From NCBI GenBank assembly GCA_964016885.1, contig OZ024755.1:4650001-4714000 (forward strand): 64,000 bases of DNA, in the 5' to 3' direction. Numbering within the stretch: the first letter of the stretch is position 1; the number at the start of each line of letters is the position of its first letter. Below are positions 1 through 15,310 of the stretch, in pieces. The notes beneath the pieces are model-generated. The model did not search any database. It was given only the letters and a program-made list of their open reading frames with translations, and had not been told where the DNA came from. The translations under genes were made by a program, and so were the position numbers. The DNA is from Eledone cirrhosa (lineage: Eukaryota).

Positions 1-166
1 GTATGTATATAAATATATAATTTATGCTTATATCTATCTAGGGCGGGTAAAATTCCCAAGATCCCTGGACGAGTTCTCTCCAGTGGTCTCTGTCCCTCAT
101 CATCGCTGTCATGTCCTTCATCTCAGTATGTGCAAAAAGATTTTGCTACATAAGTATATATATATG

Positions 167-241
<75 letters not shown>

Positions 242-298
242 TACGGTCTTTTTACAAAATGAAAAAAAAAAAACCAGACGTCCTACACAAGTGAAAGT

Positions 299-482
299 AT
301 AAAGAAAAAAGATGAAATCGAAAATTCAACTGGAGTCTTTTTAAGAATATTTATTTGATTCCTTTACCACAAACCCTCCATATCAATTCTACTTTTGAAA
401 AGCACAAGAACTGCGAAACCGGTAAAGGAACCAAATAAATATTCTTAAAGACTCCAGTTGCATTTTCGATTTCATCTTTTTT

Positions 483-488
<6 letters not shown>
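299..488. repeat. Long inverted repeat (~68-bp arms, ~52-nt spacer) within a (TA)n-flanked element
   Basis: 299-368 (..gatgaaatcgaaaattcaactggagtctttttaagaatatttatttgattcctttacc) is nearly the reverse complement of 421-488. Confidence 0.85.
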
Positions 489-521
<33 letters not shown>

Positions 522-694
522 TGTTAGGAAGGGATTCCAGCTGTAAAAAAAAACCTGCCAGAGACACTTCCGTGCCAGCGAGACATGGTCTCCCGACCAT
601 TCCCGCATCAAATGGAACAAAACTGTCTAACCCATACTAGCGTGGAAGATGGACGTTAAACGATGATGATGATGATATATATGTATGTATATGA

Positions 695-725
<31 letters not shown>

Positions 726-879
726 TGTCATCATCATCATTTTTACATCCGCTTTTCCCGTCTAACCCATGCTAACATGGAAGAACGGACGTAAAACGGT
801 GATGATGATTTTTCCCTGCTTGCAAGGATGGGACAATATATCGCAATAACTGCTATATATTTATGTATGTATATATGTA

Positions 880-915
<36 letters not shown>

Positions 916-917
916 TG

Positions 918-957
<40 letters not shown>

Positions 958-1084
958 AAGTCTAAAGTCAAAATATAGACCAGTTTTCTCCATTGTAATC
1001 AACTACACATATCATTTTTATCATTATCTTTTTAATCTTGTGTGCCTGGACTACACATGCCTCGGTTGACAGTTAGGAATTTCA

Positions 1085-1525
1085 CTGCCACCACCACCAC
1101 TACTAGCACCTCCACTACTACCACCACCACTACCGCCTCCACTACTACCACAACCACCACCACCACTACTACTACCACCACCACCACTACTAGCACCTCC
1201 ACTACTACCACCACTACCACCTCCACTACTACCACAACCACCTCCACTACTACCACAACCACCACCACCACTACTACTACTACCACCACCACCACTACTA
1301 GCACCTCCACTACTACTACTACCACCACTACCACCTCCACTACTACCACAACCTGCACCACTTCTACTACTAGCACCTCTACTACCACTACAACCACCAC
1401 CACCACCTCCACTACTACCACCACTACAACCACTACCAGCACCTCTACTACTACTACTACCACCATCACCTCCTCCTCTACTACCACTAACAGCAGCTCT
1501 ATCATCTCCACTACTACTACTACTT
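1085..1525. repeat. (ACC/ACT)n trinucleotide repeat
   Basis: Direct inspection; source of the poly-T/poly-V ORFs. Confidence 0.95.
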
Positions 1526-2120
1526 CATTTGTATATCAAAGCAATAATATATCATTGTATATATACAGTACAACATATACTTGTAGGTGACATAACTACA
1601 CAAAGTAAATACTGTATATACTCAAATATAAGCCAGGGGCCAGTTTATTAAATCGACCCCAGTGCATTACTGGTGCTTTATTTTATCGACCCCCTGAGGA
1701 TGAAAGGTAAAGTTGAACTCAGAACTCAAAGCATGTTGTCCAACGCTCTACCAATCCTGCTAATCCGAACTGGTAATCTATGTAGAACACTCCAGTACTT
1801 ATTCTAACAGAATGGCCATCACCAATCATAACTGACATCTAAACAAGGTAGACTGGCTGTGTTCTTTATACACGGTAGCTTCACAGTTTCTAACACTTAA
1901 TATACACTGGCCACTGTAACATCTATGTCACTTCCTCTTCAATTCTAATGTTCACTAAATGAATCTTATAAACACTGCAAAGGCTGATAGTTCAGACAAT
2001 GCAACCAGTTTTATTTTTTAAAATAATCTTCTGCTTATTAAATAGTGACCCATTTCTTAACTTCTCTGGCTTTTGCACATTTCCTGAACACAATTGTCAT
2101 AGAATTATAAAACTATATTT

Positions 2121-2175
<55 letters not shown>

Positions 2176-3218
2176 GGGGTGGGAGTAGGAAATATTGCAT
2201 TTAAGGGAAATTTAGTCAGAGATTAGGAAAGAAATTATAGTGAACCTTCAAAATATGAGGTTACAGTTGCTACACTATTGTAGGATTTCACTTCATGTTG
2301 TTTATATGGTATCTGGTACCATGTGAATTTGGTAAGACCATCTGGTACTACAATACGGCTTTCTCATCATGTAGTGCAGCATCTGGTATCTGGTACCAAG
2401 TAAATTTAGTACTACAATGTTACAGAATGTCCTTCTTAACTTGTGATAAAGTATTTAAAGTATTTAGATCAAGCCTCTTGATGTTGTAGCTTAAAGCATG
2501 TCCATGTCTTGTAAATAGTAATGCAGGACTTGTCTATGAACTAGTCTTGAAATATTAGGGAGTTTCATAGGTTAGGGATTTTATTGGGTTCAGGTAAGGC
2601 TTTTCCTTTGATCATTGACTGAAATGCTATGACATAAATATATTTTTAAAATCTTTACTTTGTGCTAGTAACTAATTCTGATCTTCCTGAAAAATATTCA
2701 ATAGGTATTATTAATGTGAATATTAAAAATATCAGGCAACAGCTTTTTGCTTAATTATACATAACAGAAATAAAAAATATATAAATGTTATGTATAAAAG
2801 CAAAAAAAGAAAATGAGAGAGAGAGAATACATTAACCTGTATTTGTTGGGTATAGGATCTGACCTGAATATCTAGTTCAACTTCAAAGCTAATGTTTTGT
2901 TTGGAATGAAACCATCAAATACAACAGCTAAATTATTACATAACTTTGAACCTTATCTGATGTGTAAAGAATAGATAATTGAAAATGAGGAGTGTTTTGG
3001 TGGAATGATAACATAAAACTGTAAAAACTTCATTTTTTCTAGTGTTTCTCTCATTACACAACACATCTAATGTGAACTATAATAGTTTCAGATTAATGTG
3101 ACAAACTGTTGTTGTTACTTGATATGCTCTATGTAGCAATCAAATTCCACCAATACATGCCCTGATTATAATATCCCATGCCGTCCTTCCTACAGCTACC
3201 TGTCTCCAACCATAACAA

Positions 3219-3425
3219 TAAGACCAGTCTTAGGTCTATAAAGGACATAGACACTGCTTCTACCCCTTATTTGACCGGCTGAACATCACTCATATCAGTT
3301 AGACCAGTCTTAGGTCTATAAAGGTCATAGACACAGCTTCTACCTCTTATCTGACTGTCTGAACATCACTCATAACAATAAGACCAGTCTTAGGTCTATA
3401 AAGGTCAGACACAGCTTCTACCTCC
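3219..3425. repeat. ~80-bp tandem repeat, ~2.5 copies
   Basis: AGACCAGTCTTAGGTCTATAAAGG occurs three times. Confidence 0.85.
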
Positions 3426-3679
3426 TAACCATAGACAGGCAGCAACAATGTTAGTAAACATTTCAACATAACTTTCGTTTTCCACTAAAAGTGACAGACT
3501 TTCTAACTAGTTAGATATGGTATCAGGAAACTGCTGAAGGAGATACATTTCCCATTTCATTCAAGTAGTAATGAAACATAAAAGTTAGCATCTAGATGTG
3601 GCTATGATTTCTGTGGAAATAAGCCGGAAAAACATTTTTGAACTGAGAGAGCAGAGAACCCGAGCGAATACCATAAAGT

Positions 3680-3900
3680 ATTCTATCTGACGTTCTAACA
3701 ACTCTACATTCTGTCTGACTTTCTAACCACTCTACCATTCTATATGACGTTCTAACAACTCTACCATTCTATCTGATGTTCTAACAACTCTACCATTCTA
3801 TCTGATGTTCTAACCACTCTACCAGACGTTCTAACCACTCTGCCATTCTAGCTGACGTTCTAACCACTCTACCATTCTATCAGACGTTCTAACAACTCTG
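3680..3900. repeat. ~27-bp minisatellite expanded from a SINE 5' end
   Basis: TTCTATCTGACGTTCTAACAACTCTACCA repeated about 8 times inside a reverse SINE head. Confidence 0.8.
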
Positions 3901-4209
3901 CCAATTCAGCGCCTTATGTCATTGACTGATTGTTTTTTTCTTCACCTCATAATTATTTCCATAATGCAGGGAGCAAAAATGGAAAGGAAAAAAAAAATCA
4001 ATTGATTCAAATGAATAGAGGAAAGCATAAGTTCAATGATTAATGAATTGCAATCAATGAACAGGTGAAAGTGTTGGCTCAATGACTAATGTTAATTTAA
4101 TGTGATGTCTTTCTCTCTCTCAGGGATTGTGATTCATATTAATGGCGTCCCAAGGTAATTCCTGTGATAGTTATAACTTACATGAGCACTGTCAGAGGGA
4201 CAGATGAAC

Positions 4210-5790
<1,581 letters not shown>

Positions 5791-5984
5791 CTGGTGATGA
5801 TTGTGATACCGATGATGATGATCTGCCGAGTATGTAAAACTCCACTACTTAACTCAGTACATTATGGCTCATATTTTTAGGGCTTTTGCCACATTAATGA
5901 GATTTAGGATTCACCTGAGAGATTAAGAAGGGTTTGGCTTAATCTTGATACTTGGATTCTAACTGTTAATGTTCTTCTTATAAG

Positions 5985-6574
5985 TGTAAAATTATACTCA
6001 AAATATTGCTTCATATTTACCCACCTGTAGAATTATACTCAAAATATTGCTTCATATTTACCCACCTGTAGAATTATACTCAAAATATTGCTTCATATTT
6101 ACCCACCTGTAGAATTATACTCAAAATATTGCTTCATATTTACCCACCTGTAGAATTATACTCAAAATATTGCTTCATATTTACCCACCTGTAGAATTAT
6201 ACTCAAAATATTGCTTCATATTTACCCACCTGTAGAATTATACTCAAAATATTGCTTCATATATACCCACCTGTAGAATTATACTCAAAATATTGCTTCA
6301 TATTTACCCACCTGTAGAATTATACTCAAAATATTGCTTCATATTTACCCACCTGTAGAATTATACTCAAAATATTGCTTCATATATACCCACCTGTAGA
6401 ATTATACTCAAAATATTGCTTCATATTTACCCACCTGTAGAATTATACTCAAAATATTGCTTCATATTTACCCACCTGTAGAATTATACTCAAAATATTG
6501 CTTCATATTTACCCACCTGTAGAATTATACTCAAGATATTGCTTCATATTTACCCACCTGTAGAATTATACTCA
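5985..6574. repeat. 41-bp minisatellite, ~14 copies
   Basis: Unit GTAGAATTATACTCAAAATATTGCTTCATATTTACCCACCT, nearly invariant. Confidence 0.97.
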
Positions 6575-6692
6575 CGTTAGTGTGTTCAAATATTGTCATT
6601 GATATGATTCCTGTCATTCTATCAATGCCTCCTTTATTTGTTGTTCATTGAACAGCAGACTTGCTACTCATCACTTTTTCTACACCTACCCC

Positions 6693-6806
<114 letters not shown>

Positions 6807-8732
6807 TTATATCACTCTCTCTATCGAGAGAGAGAGATAAAGGTGTGTCTGTCTATATATATATATATATCTTTCAACTAACTTTTTTCATTTCTCTTTT
6901 GTGTTTTCATTGAGTTATTAATTACTCTTCTCTTCCCCTAACCACATTATTTAATGGAATGTAGACGTAACGCTACTTCTACACACATTTCATAATTCCC
7001 AAATGTCGATGCAATTGTGTAATGTTATCCCCATTCAGCTGTTATATAGAATTCGTTAGCCCCACCCTCACCCTCACCACCACCTTTTATGCTGCTGACT
7101 CTTCACTCATTTCTCTCCCCCACTCCTTCCTACTTCACACTCACTGCCATTCTCTCCTCTTCCTCTACCCCTCTTCATTCTTGACTGATCTCTCAACAAT
7201 CACCCACCACCACCACTATTCTCTCCTTCTCTTTCCCCTACCCCTCACCAATCGCCTCCCTCCTCCAGCCCCTTCTTCCCACTACTGTTCTCTCTTTCTC
7301 TATATCCCCCTCTTCACTCTTTCTCTCTTTCTTTCTTTTCTTTCCTTCTTACTCATTTAATTTTCCTATCCGATATTGTTTTGTATTGATAATTTAAAAA
7401 ATAAAAATAATAATTTAAAATGAACACATGGAACTATAAGTTATAGGAGAATACAATTATATATTTCATGAGGGCACTTCCACTATTGACAGACGAGAGA
7501 AAGATTATTATGAGTTTCAGCTTACGTAAGATATTCACTATTTTCAGGTGATATGTTTGCCACTAAAAAAAAATCTTCTGGTATTTTGTGGAGAAGAGTA
7601 ATTTGATTAGTGTTTAATGTCTGTCGTTTCCCTTCCATTCCTTGTTCCCTTCTATAAGAAAGCAATAATTCCAAGTATTGAACTTATTCTGAATTTATTT
7701 ATACAGTTTTCCATGCAAGTAATTGTATGATGTAAACTGTATTTACGACTATATATGGTGAAGTTCAGGAATGTTTAAAGCTACTGCTCAGGATTTAAGC
7801 TCTAAAATTGCTACTTACCCTTTCATGAAATCTTTGACAGCTAGTCTGATAGACATCTTGTCTATCTTTACATCACCATCATCATCATTATCATCGTTTT
7901 TACTGTGGCTTTTCCATGCTGGCATGGGCTGGACAGAATCTTTTTGAGTCAGTGTTTTACAGCTGGATGTTGTTCCTGACACTAATCCCTTTTAGTTACC
8001 TCTTACAACAATCAGAGATATGGTGTACTTAGACTAAAAACCTGGAATACACACAGGTAATCAATCAAGACCCCAGACTTCATTTGCTTAATGAGTGAGG
8101 TAGAACTCATCAAATCAGACCAAGGAAACAATGTTTCCATTGGTCTTTCCATTGCTGATACTTTCTACCAGTCATGACTTCTGGCAGTTAGTTTACATAA
8201 ATACAGCAAAAAACTGATTTAGATTAAATAAAAAAACAATGTTGTCTCTGATCAAGACGAAGCAAGAATGTATTTGAATGCATATTAAAAAGACAGCATT
8301 TAATTGTTTAAACTGTTTTTTAGAAACTATGTTTGCGTTTTAGCAACTGTTATGCATGGAAAGTATTAAGTATATTGTATAGTATTGTAATAATTTTTCA
8401 TGTATGCTTATTTATGTTTTTACTCTTTGTTTTAAGCCAAATAATTTTGACTTAGATCAACTTATCCTGAATATCTCCCCCCCCCCCCGTCCAACCGTTC
8501 CTAGTGGACTGAAAATTATTATTACTGTATATTTATCAGTAAAGCAATCAGTTACACTGGATGGCAGCAAAACAATTTTCACTCCTCTTTTGCTTAAGGT
8601 GTTACAGGAAATGGCACAAAATCTTTCCTGTCCTACTTAATGGGTCACAAAATCTTTCCTGTTCTATGTAGACAGTCAATCGGAAACTGAAAGTAGCTTA
8701 CATTGTTTACACTGTTGTTATCGTATGTAAAG

Positions 8733-9020
8733 GTTCATGGCTTAGTGGTTAGAAGATTGGGCTTACAATCGTGAGGCTGTGAGTTCGATTCTCGGATCAA
8801 GCGGTGTGTTGTTTCCTTGAGAAAGACACTTTATTTCACGTTGCTCCAGTTCACTCAAGCTATATCAGCCTTTACATTTCCCTTGGACAACATCAGTGAC
8901 ATGGAGAGGAGTGGCCGCTATGCATGGGCAACTGCTGGTCTTCCACAAAAACACCTTGTTTGGATTTGTGCCTTGGAAGGGAAGTTTCTAGGTGTGAAAC
9001 CCATGGTCATTGGTGACAGA
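8733..9020 (+). mobile_element. CORE-like tRNA SINE
   Basis: CATGGCTTAGTGGTTAG..GAGTTCGATTCTC..CCTTGAGAAAGACACTT. Confidence 0.8.
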
Positions 9021-9401
9021 TCCTCTACCATCTATTGTATTCTATCACACCAGAATAACCATCATTTAGCGATAGGCATAGCAGTAGTTTCAGTTTATCT
9101 AAATACAATAGATGAGGAACATCAACTGGCAGGGTTAGACCCAGAGGTAGGCAACGAGTGAGGTGGTTGGATAACTTCTATAAGCTCGGTTGGGGATCCA
9201 GTCAGATCATTTGGAGATGGTTGCTTTTCATAGAACCCCCTGGAAAGCCTCCATACCGCTCTCAAGAAGAAGAAGAAGCAGCAGCATAATGTTTCTCGTT
9301 TTTCACCACTGTTTCATGTTCAATAATTGCTTTTGTATTTTCTATCATCTCTGAACCTTATTTTGTTAATGCTGTATGTTTCTTATTGTTATTTGTTTAA
9401 G

Positions 9402-10044
9402 GTCTGCCAGCAACTTGGCATTTTAGAGGTTGACTATTTTGGTCTTCAGTACCAGGGCAATAAAGGAGAACAGCTATGGGTTAATATGCGCAACCGTATA
9501 AACCAACAACTGAACAAACCGCCACCATATCGACTCCAACTGAAGGTTAAATTTTTTGTGCCTCCTCATTCTTTGCAGCAAAACACAACCAGGTACTTTT
9601 TTGTTGTTTATTCATTATGTGTTTAACTCTTCTGATACCAACCTACCTAAAACTGGTTCTGGTCCTAATACCAACCTACCTAAAACTGGTTCTGGTCCTA
9701 ATACCAACCTACCTAAAACTGGTTCTGGTCCTAATACCAACCTACCTAAAACTGGTTCTGATACCAACCTACCTAAAACTGGTTCTGATACCAACCTACC
9801 TAAAACTGGTTCTGATACCAACCTACCTAAAACTGGTTCTGATACAAACCTATCTAAAACTGGTTCTGATACAAACCTATCTAAAACTGGTTCTGATACA
9901 AACCTATCTAAAACTGGTTCTGATTCTGATATCAAACTACCTAAAACCAGTTCTGGTTCTAATAACTTTTAATCATCATCATCATCACCATTATCACCAC
10001 CACCATCATCATCGCCATTATCACCACCACCACCATCATCGCCG

Positions 10045-10077
<33 letters not shown>

Positions 10078-12750
10078 CCACCATTATCATCCTTATTTTA
10101 TTTATATATATATTTGTTTTATTGTTGCAGGCATCAATTTTGTCTTCAAGTTATAAACGATCTCCTGTGTCAGAAACTACAAGTTTCAGACAAAACAACT
10201 TGTATAAACATCTGTGCTTTACTGGCGCAGTTGTCTAAATTAGAACCCAACTCTGCTACTGAATTCACTGACTCAATATATACGACACTTGTGGAAAAGA
10301 TAGGAGGGCGTATAGCTCTTGCTAGTGATGTTTCTGAACAACATAGTAGCATCTCATCTTTGAGTCGTGAACAGGCTGAATACAAGCTGCTGCAAGAAGT
10401 TGCTGAACTTCCAAATTATGGAATGCTATTCCACGAAGCCAAGAACTGTAGTGGAGAAAATGTTCACATTGGGGTTGGACCTGAAGGAATTACCATTTTT
10501 GATGAAAATTTTGCACAACTGGAGACGTAAGCTGTTAATCTTATTCTTGTTGTTGGGATAAAGCAAAAAAATCAGTCATTCATAAATGTTCTTAGTTTGT
10601 CATATATAATGGTTTTTTTTTTTTTTTAATGTAAAATAAAATAATTATTAGATTCTCTAGCTGCTGTATCAATATGAATCACTTACAATAACATTTTGCT
10701 AGAGATAGATTAGCCAAATTTAATAAGCTGGGGAGGGGGTTGGAAAAAATCTGAAAAATTAATAAGCAGAGGAGGTAGGGATGATTATTCAAGACCTGAG
10801 AGTACTCAAATATAATCCGACCCCACTATTTTATGTCTAATGTTACTTTGGGCCATCATAAGATACATGTGGTATATGTTATGATAATATTTTCCCTGTT
10901 CTCATATCATCATCATCATCGTTATAATTTTTATATCAACTTTTCTACGATTGCATGAATAGGGCGAGATATTTTGAGATAGTTTTTTGCAGCTTGATGC
11001 CCATCCTGATTCCAAACCCCTTTTTATTTTTTGCTTCTTACCCCATCCATGCAGGGATACAGTGTATCTATTCTAAAATGTCGGGTTCACACAGGACATG
11101 ATGATGTTTTCTTATTATTTCAGTATTGACTTCCACATGATGCAGAAGGCCTCACTGTCTAACCGTCTCGTCATTGTCCAGCTGATTAATCAGGTCTCAG
11201 AAGATGATGGTAGAACTGTTGACCTGAAACTAGTCAGTGAGAAGGCGGCAAAGGCCCTTTACCGATGTATGACAGAGACCCATTCTTTCTACCGGTGTGA
11301 CACAGTTCGTAGTATTGTATCCACACAATACTCCAGGGATTTCAAAGGGACTTTTGTCTCCCTATTTAACGAGAACACATCATTAGGTAATTTGGATTTA
11401 ATTCCCTCTTGTAGATTTATCATTATCGTTGTCATCATTATTCTTTATTATCATCGTTGTCATCACCATCATATTTTATTGTCATCATCATCATCATTAA
11501 GTGAAATGTGAAAGAAAAGTCAGAAAATAAATTTCTGTATTTTTCTATGATTTCTCACAACAGGACAATCTGTCTAACCCATGCAGTGTGGAAAAATGGA
11601 CATTAAACAGTGGTGATGATGATGATGATAAAGAAATGTCTCCTTTTGTTGAGTTTCTAACAATATTGCTGTTATGTTTTGTAGGTAAAAGTTATATCTT
11701 TGACATTAAGCGAACAAGTCAGGAAGTACACGACCATGTTAGAAGGAAACTTTACAAGATGGGTAATGATGTGACTCCAGAAACAAACTCCACTGAAAAA
11801 GAACCAACAAATGATCCTGAAGAAAATGAAGTAAGACATGATTCTTCTTCCTTTTGAATTCTATTAAATGTACGATATTATATGTACTGTGTGGAGCGTA
11901 CCTTTAGAATTTAGTGTGTTTCTATAGATCCAATTTATATGTATGAAAGAAACACTCATGCTATGAAGCTTTATGACTATCTTAGAAATAAAAAGTAAAA
12001 GACCAGATGTCTCCACTGCTATGGATAGCCAATGGTGGTGAGTAGGGAGGTGGTCCTAGGGCCAAGGACACCAGAAGTCTCCACTGCCACAGGCTCGACT
12101 GCAAACCTGTCGGAGATCAACTATTTGGAGAGTTTAGTCTCAAAGTCTTTCATCATTGGTCACTAACACTTAATTCTACTATACCTCTATATTTAAAAAT
12201 ACATTTTTAGATTTAACCCTTTAACATTTACATTACTCTATATATACTATTGTATATTCATGGTAGACTCTTTACCTCACATAATTATCTCACATAATAT
12301 CAAATCTATGAGATTTTGATATCATTTATGTTGAGAACAATACCTTAACATCAGTATGAGTGACCAGTTATGGCCAATTTGAACAGAAAAAAGTGAGAGA
12401 ATTCTGGCCAGATGTGACCAGTTTAAATGTTAAGGGTTAAATAGAAAATCTTATGTAAACGTTTGATGTTTAATCTTTATTTTATTTAATTATTTATTTT
12501 TCTTATTTTGTTTTAGGTGAACTGTCTTCGAAATAAACTTCAAACTGTAAAAGATTCTGTTATGTGTCGAATCTGCATGAACGCTACAATCACAACAGTC
12601 TTGTGCCCTTGTGGTCATCTTGTCTGCTGCAAAGATTGTGCTCCCTGTATCAAAGAATGTCCCCTATGCAGAGAAAAAATCTTTCAAATTCAAAGAATTT
12701 ACTTGCCTTTCAATAACATTATCTCTCAAAATTCTGATGTAGCCCCGTAA
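9402..12750 (+). CDS. MYLIP: E3 ubiquitin ligase MYLIP/IDOL (FERM + C-terminal RING), 5 exons in window, first coding exon missing
   Basis: Exons 9402-9592, 10131-10526, 11124-11386, 11685-11830, 12517-12750; all AG/GT bounded and phase-compatible (409 aa + TAA). FERM motif VCQQLGILEVDYFGLQY..LWVNMRNRI..LKVKFFVPPH; MYLIP-typical [63 protein letters not shown]; IAP-type RING CRICM..CPCGHLVCCKDC..CPLCR. Confidence 0.95.
9630..9965. repeat. 27/33-bp minisatellite in a MYLIP intron
   Basis: Unit TCTGATACCAACCTACCTAAAACTGGT. Confidence 0.95.
12213..12440. mobile_element. piggyBac-like TTAA MITE
   Basis: Same TIRs and body as 13719-13932. Confidence 0.85.
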
Positions 12751-13718
12751 TGGCGCGATGACCTGCTGTGACTTTTCTTCACACTTCACAAACCATCTTA
12801 TTAAAAAACAATTACAAATGGTTGTTTTTTATTTCTTTTTAATAAACAATTAAAATGACTTATGAAGTAAACACACAGGCACACACAAACAGACACAGAG
12901 AAATACACAACACACACACACACACATAGATACAGAGAGTGTCTGTGTCTGTTTGCAACTGTGGCCATCGAAAGCCTGGTGCATGCTGCTACCAAGTCAT
13001 ACTCGATTGTGAATATTGGCTGAGTAATACATACATGATATTGCTTGGCCTTTAAACCAAACTTAGAAACACTTGTATATAATAATACTTCTTCTTGCTC
13101 TTGCTTGATGAGACTGGGGTCATCTTAGGTCAGCGATCCCAGAGGCATCATTCATCGTACGTTGAGTCGAGATATAATAATACACAGTCGTTATTCTATG
13201 TAAAAATAGAATTTCCAATTTAACAAGAAAGGTATAACAGTTGTCAGCTACTAATTGATGCCTTGTCATGATATTGGGGTTTGATTATATAAGTTCTTTG
13301 ATCACTTAGAACTCCATTACTGCTTTTCTTAACTCATGATTCAACCATTAACTATCACAAACTCAGATCAGGTAAGTTTAAATGATCTAACTCCCACAGA
13401 ACCAGCAGGACACACACATATATATATATATATATATACCTTATATGTCTGACATTGTCTTGTCTAATCCTGGTTCTATACAACATTTATTTGTGCCAAT
13501 CTCTTAGAATAATGATGTTTCATACTTTTTAATCATATATGCTGAAAGATATCTGAGGGACATGTTTTTAGAAAAAAAATTTACTTAGTTTAAATTTTGT
13601 GTAAAGTTAGATTTTTGTTAAATCTTCATAAAAATGGTAATTGGGGCATCACATACTTTACCGTCCAACACATTCCAGCATGGAGAGAATGTTAAATGTT
13701 GATGATGACATATTTCAG

Positions 13719-13932
13719 TTTAACCCTTTAGCATTTACATTACTCTATATTTACTATTATATATTCATGGTAAAGGCTTTACTTCACATAATATCGAATC
13801 TATGATATTTTGATATTATTTATTTTAAGATTACCTTAACATCAGTATGAGTGGCTAGTTACAACCGGTTTGAACAGAAAGAGGTGAAAAACTTCTGGCC
13901 AGATACAGCTGGTTTAAATGTAAAAGGGTTAA
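13719..13932. mobile_element. piggyBac-like MITE (~210-230 bp, TTAA target, TIR CCCTTTAGCATTTA)
   Basis: TTAACCCTTTAGCATTTA...TAAATG(C)TAAAGGGTTAA. Seven copies: 12213-12440, 13719-13932, 20996-21204, 27934-28160, 29757-29986, 51970-52460 (SINE-interrupted), 63396-63624. Confidence 0.85.
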
Positions 13933-15082
13933 ATGAGTTCAAGTTTATATTTCAAAGTTTTCAAGCTGTCCCATGCTCATCATTCTAAGGTTATTGATAA
14001 CACTTTATAGATTTTTCCTTTTACTGGGAGGACCCTAAGTTGTGTCAAAAACATGACACATTCTCCTGAGCACTTGAGAGATAAGACACAGATCCCTGGC
14101 CTGCCTGGGAGATGAGGGGCTCTGCTTCAGTACTGACTTGGTCTGTATGGACCTGTCCAACCCTTGCTAGCAGGGAAAGCAGATGTTAAAATGACGATGA
14201 TGATGATGATAGATGATTTTCTTAGATTTCACCTCATATTGATCTGTCTTCATCTTATATTGATCTCCCTTCATCTTCTTATGGACTTACATAAATATTT
14301 TACCAGAATATTTTAATATAGTTTTGAATCTTAGAAACTGAAAATGGTAAGGAATGCTATTATATTTCAATTCAATTAACTGTGGCAAGTATAAAAGTTA
14401 AGGACTGAAACACTTGCATGAGGGTAGGGGTTCTTCTCTGAAGACTTATTGTCCAGCTCCCCCAAGAGGTTTTTTTTTTTTTACCACTTATGAGAAAGAA
14501 AACTTTTTTTTTTTTTTGTTGTAGTTTCTCAAATTTTGAAACCACAATTTTGGGTGTTGTGCCTTAAAGATTTTATTACCCAAATCTCCTTACTGATATA
14601 TTTAAGCACATAATTTATAAAGTTGTGATTGTTAATTTATACTCTTTGTTCAAAGAGGATAATGATGGTTAGTACTAGCAATGCTGTATCAGTAAAGATA
14701 AATTAATATTTCTTAGTTATCAAAACACCTTTTGGTTGCTTCTATTTTTATTTTGATGAGCATAAATTGTAGTAACTCTAATTCTATACAAAAGCAGAAT
14801 TTGGTTTTTGCTCTAACATAGCAGATACGTAAATGCCTTTGTAAGTTTTATATCGAATAATAATAATATTTGATCCGTTTGCAAGCAAACAGCTTCATTA
14901 CGCTGTTTTTTAGATGACCATTACCATCCTATTGTTCTAGCAGTGACAAAGAGAAACTATTCTAATTTTGTTTTTAATAATTTGCTTGCAATATTATTAT
15001 TATACATTACAAAACTCATGAACACATAATTCTATACAGTTTTATGGTACAAGTCTTAGAATATGACTAGGATACTAAATTT

Positions 15083-15310
15083 TTAATGTAATATCCAGTC
15101 TATCCAGCTGTAGATATGTTCTATATAACATACATCTCATAATTCTTAATGTAATATCCAGTCTATCCAGCTGCAGATATGTTCTATATAACATACATCT
15201 CATAATTCTTAATGTAATATCCAGTCTATCCAGCTGCAGATATGTTCTATATAACGTACATCTGATAATTCTTAATGTAATGTCCAGTCTATCCAGCTGT
15301 AGATGTGTGT
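15083..15310. repeat. 63-bp tandem repeat, ~3.5 copies (probable MYLIP 3' UTR)
   Basis: TTAATGTAATATCCAGTCTATCCAGCTG.. starts at 15083, 15146, 15209 and 15272. Confidence 0.9.

Noticed and set aside
1032-1590. Thr-rich mucin-like / poly-Val ORFs
   Set aside because: Pure (ACC/ACT)n microsatellite with no signal peptide and no supported splice partners.
9556-10156. ORF with repeated LPKTG (sortase LPxTG-like) motifs and poly-His
   Set aside because: Translation of an intronic 27/33-bp minisatellite and (CAT)n between two phase-matched MYLIP exons.
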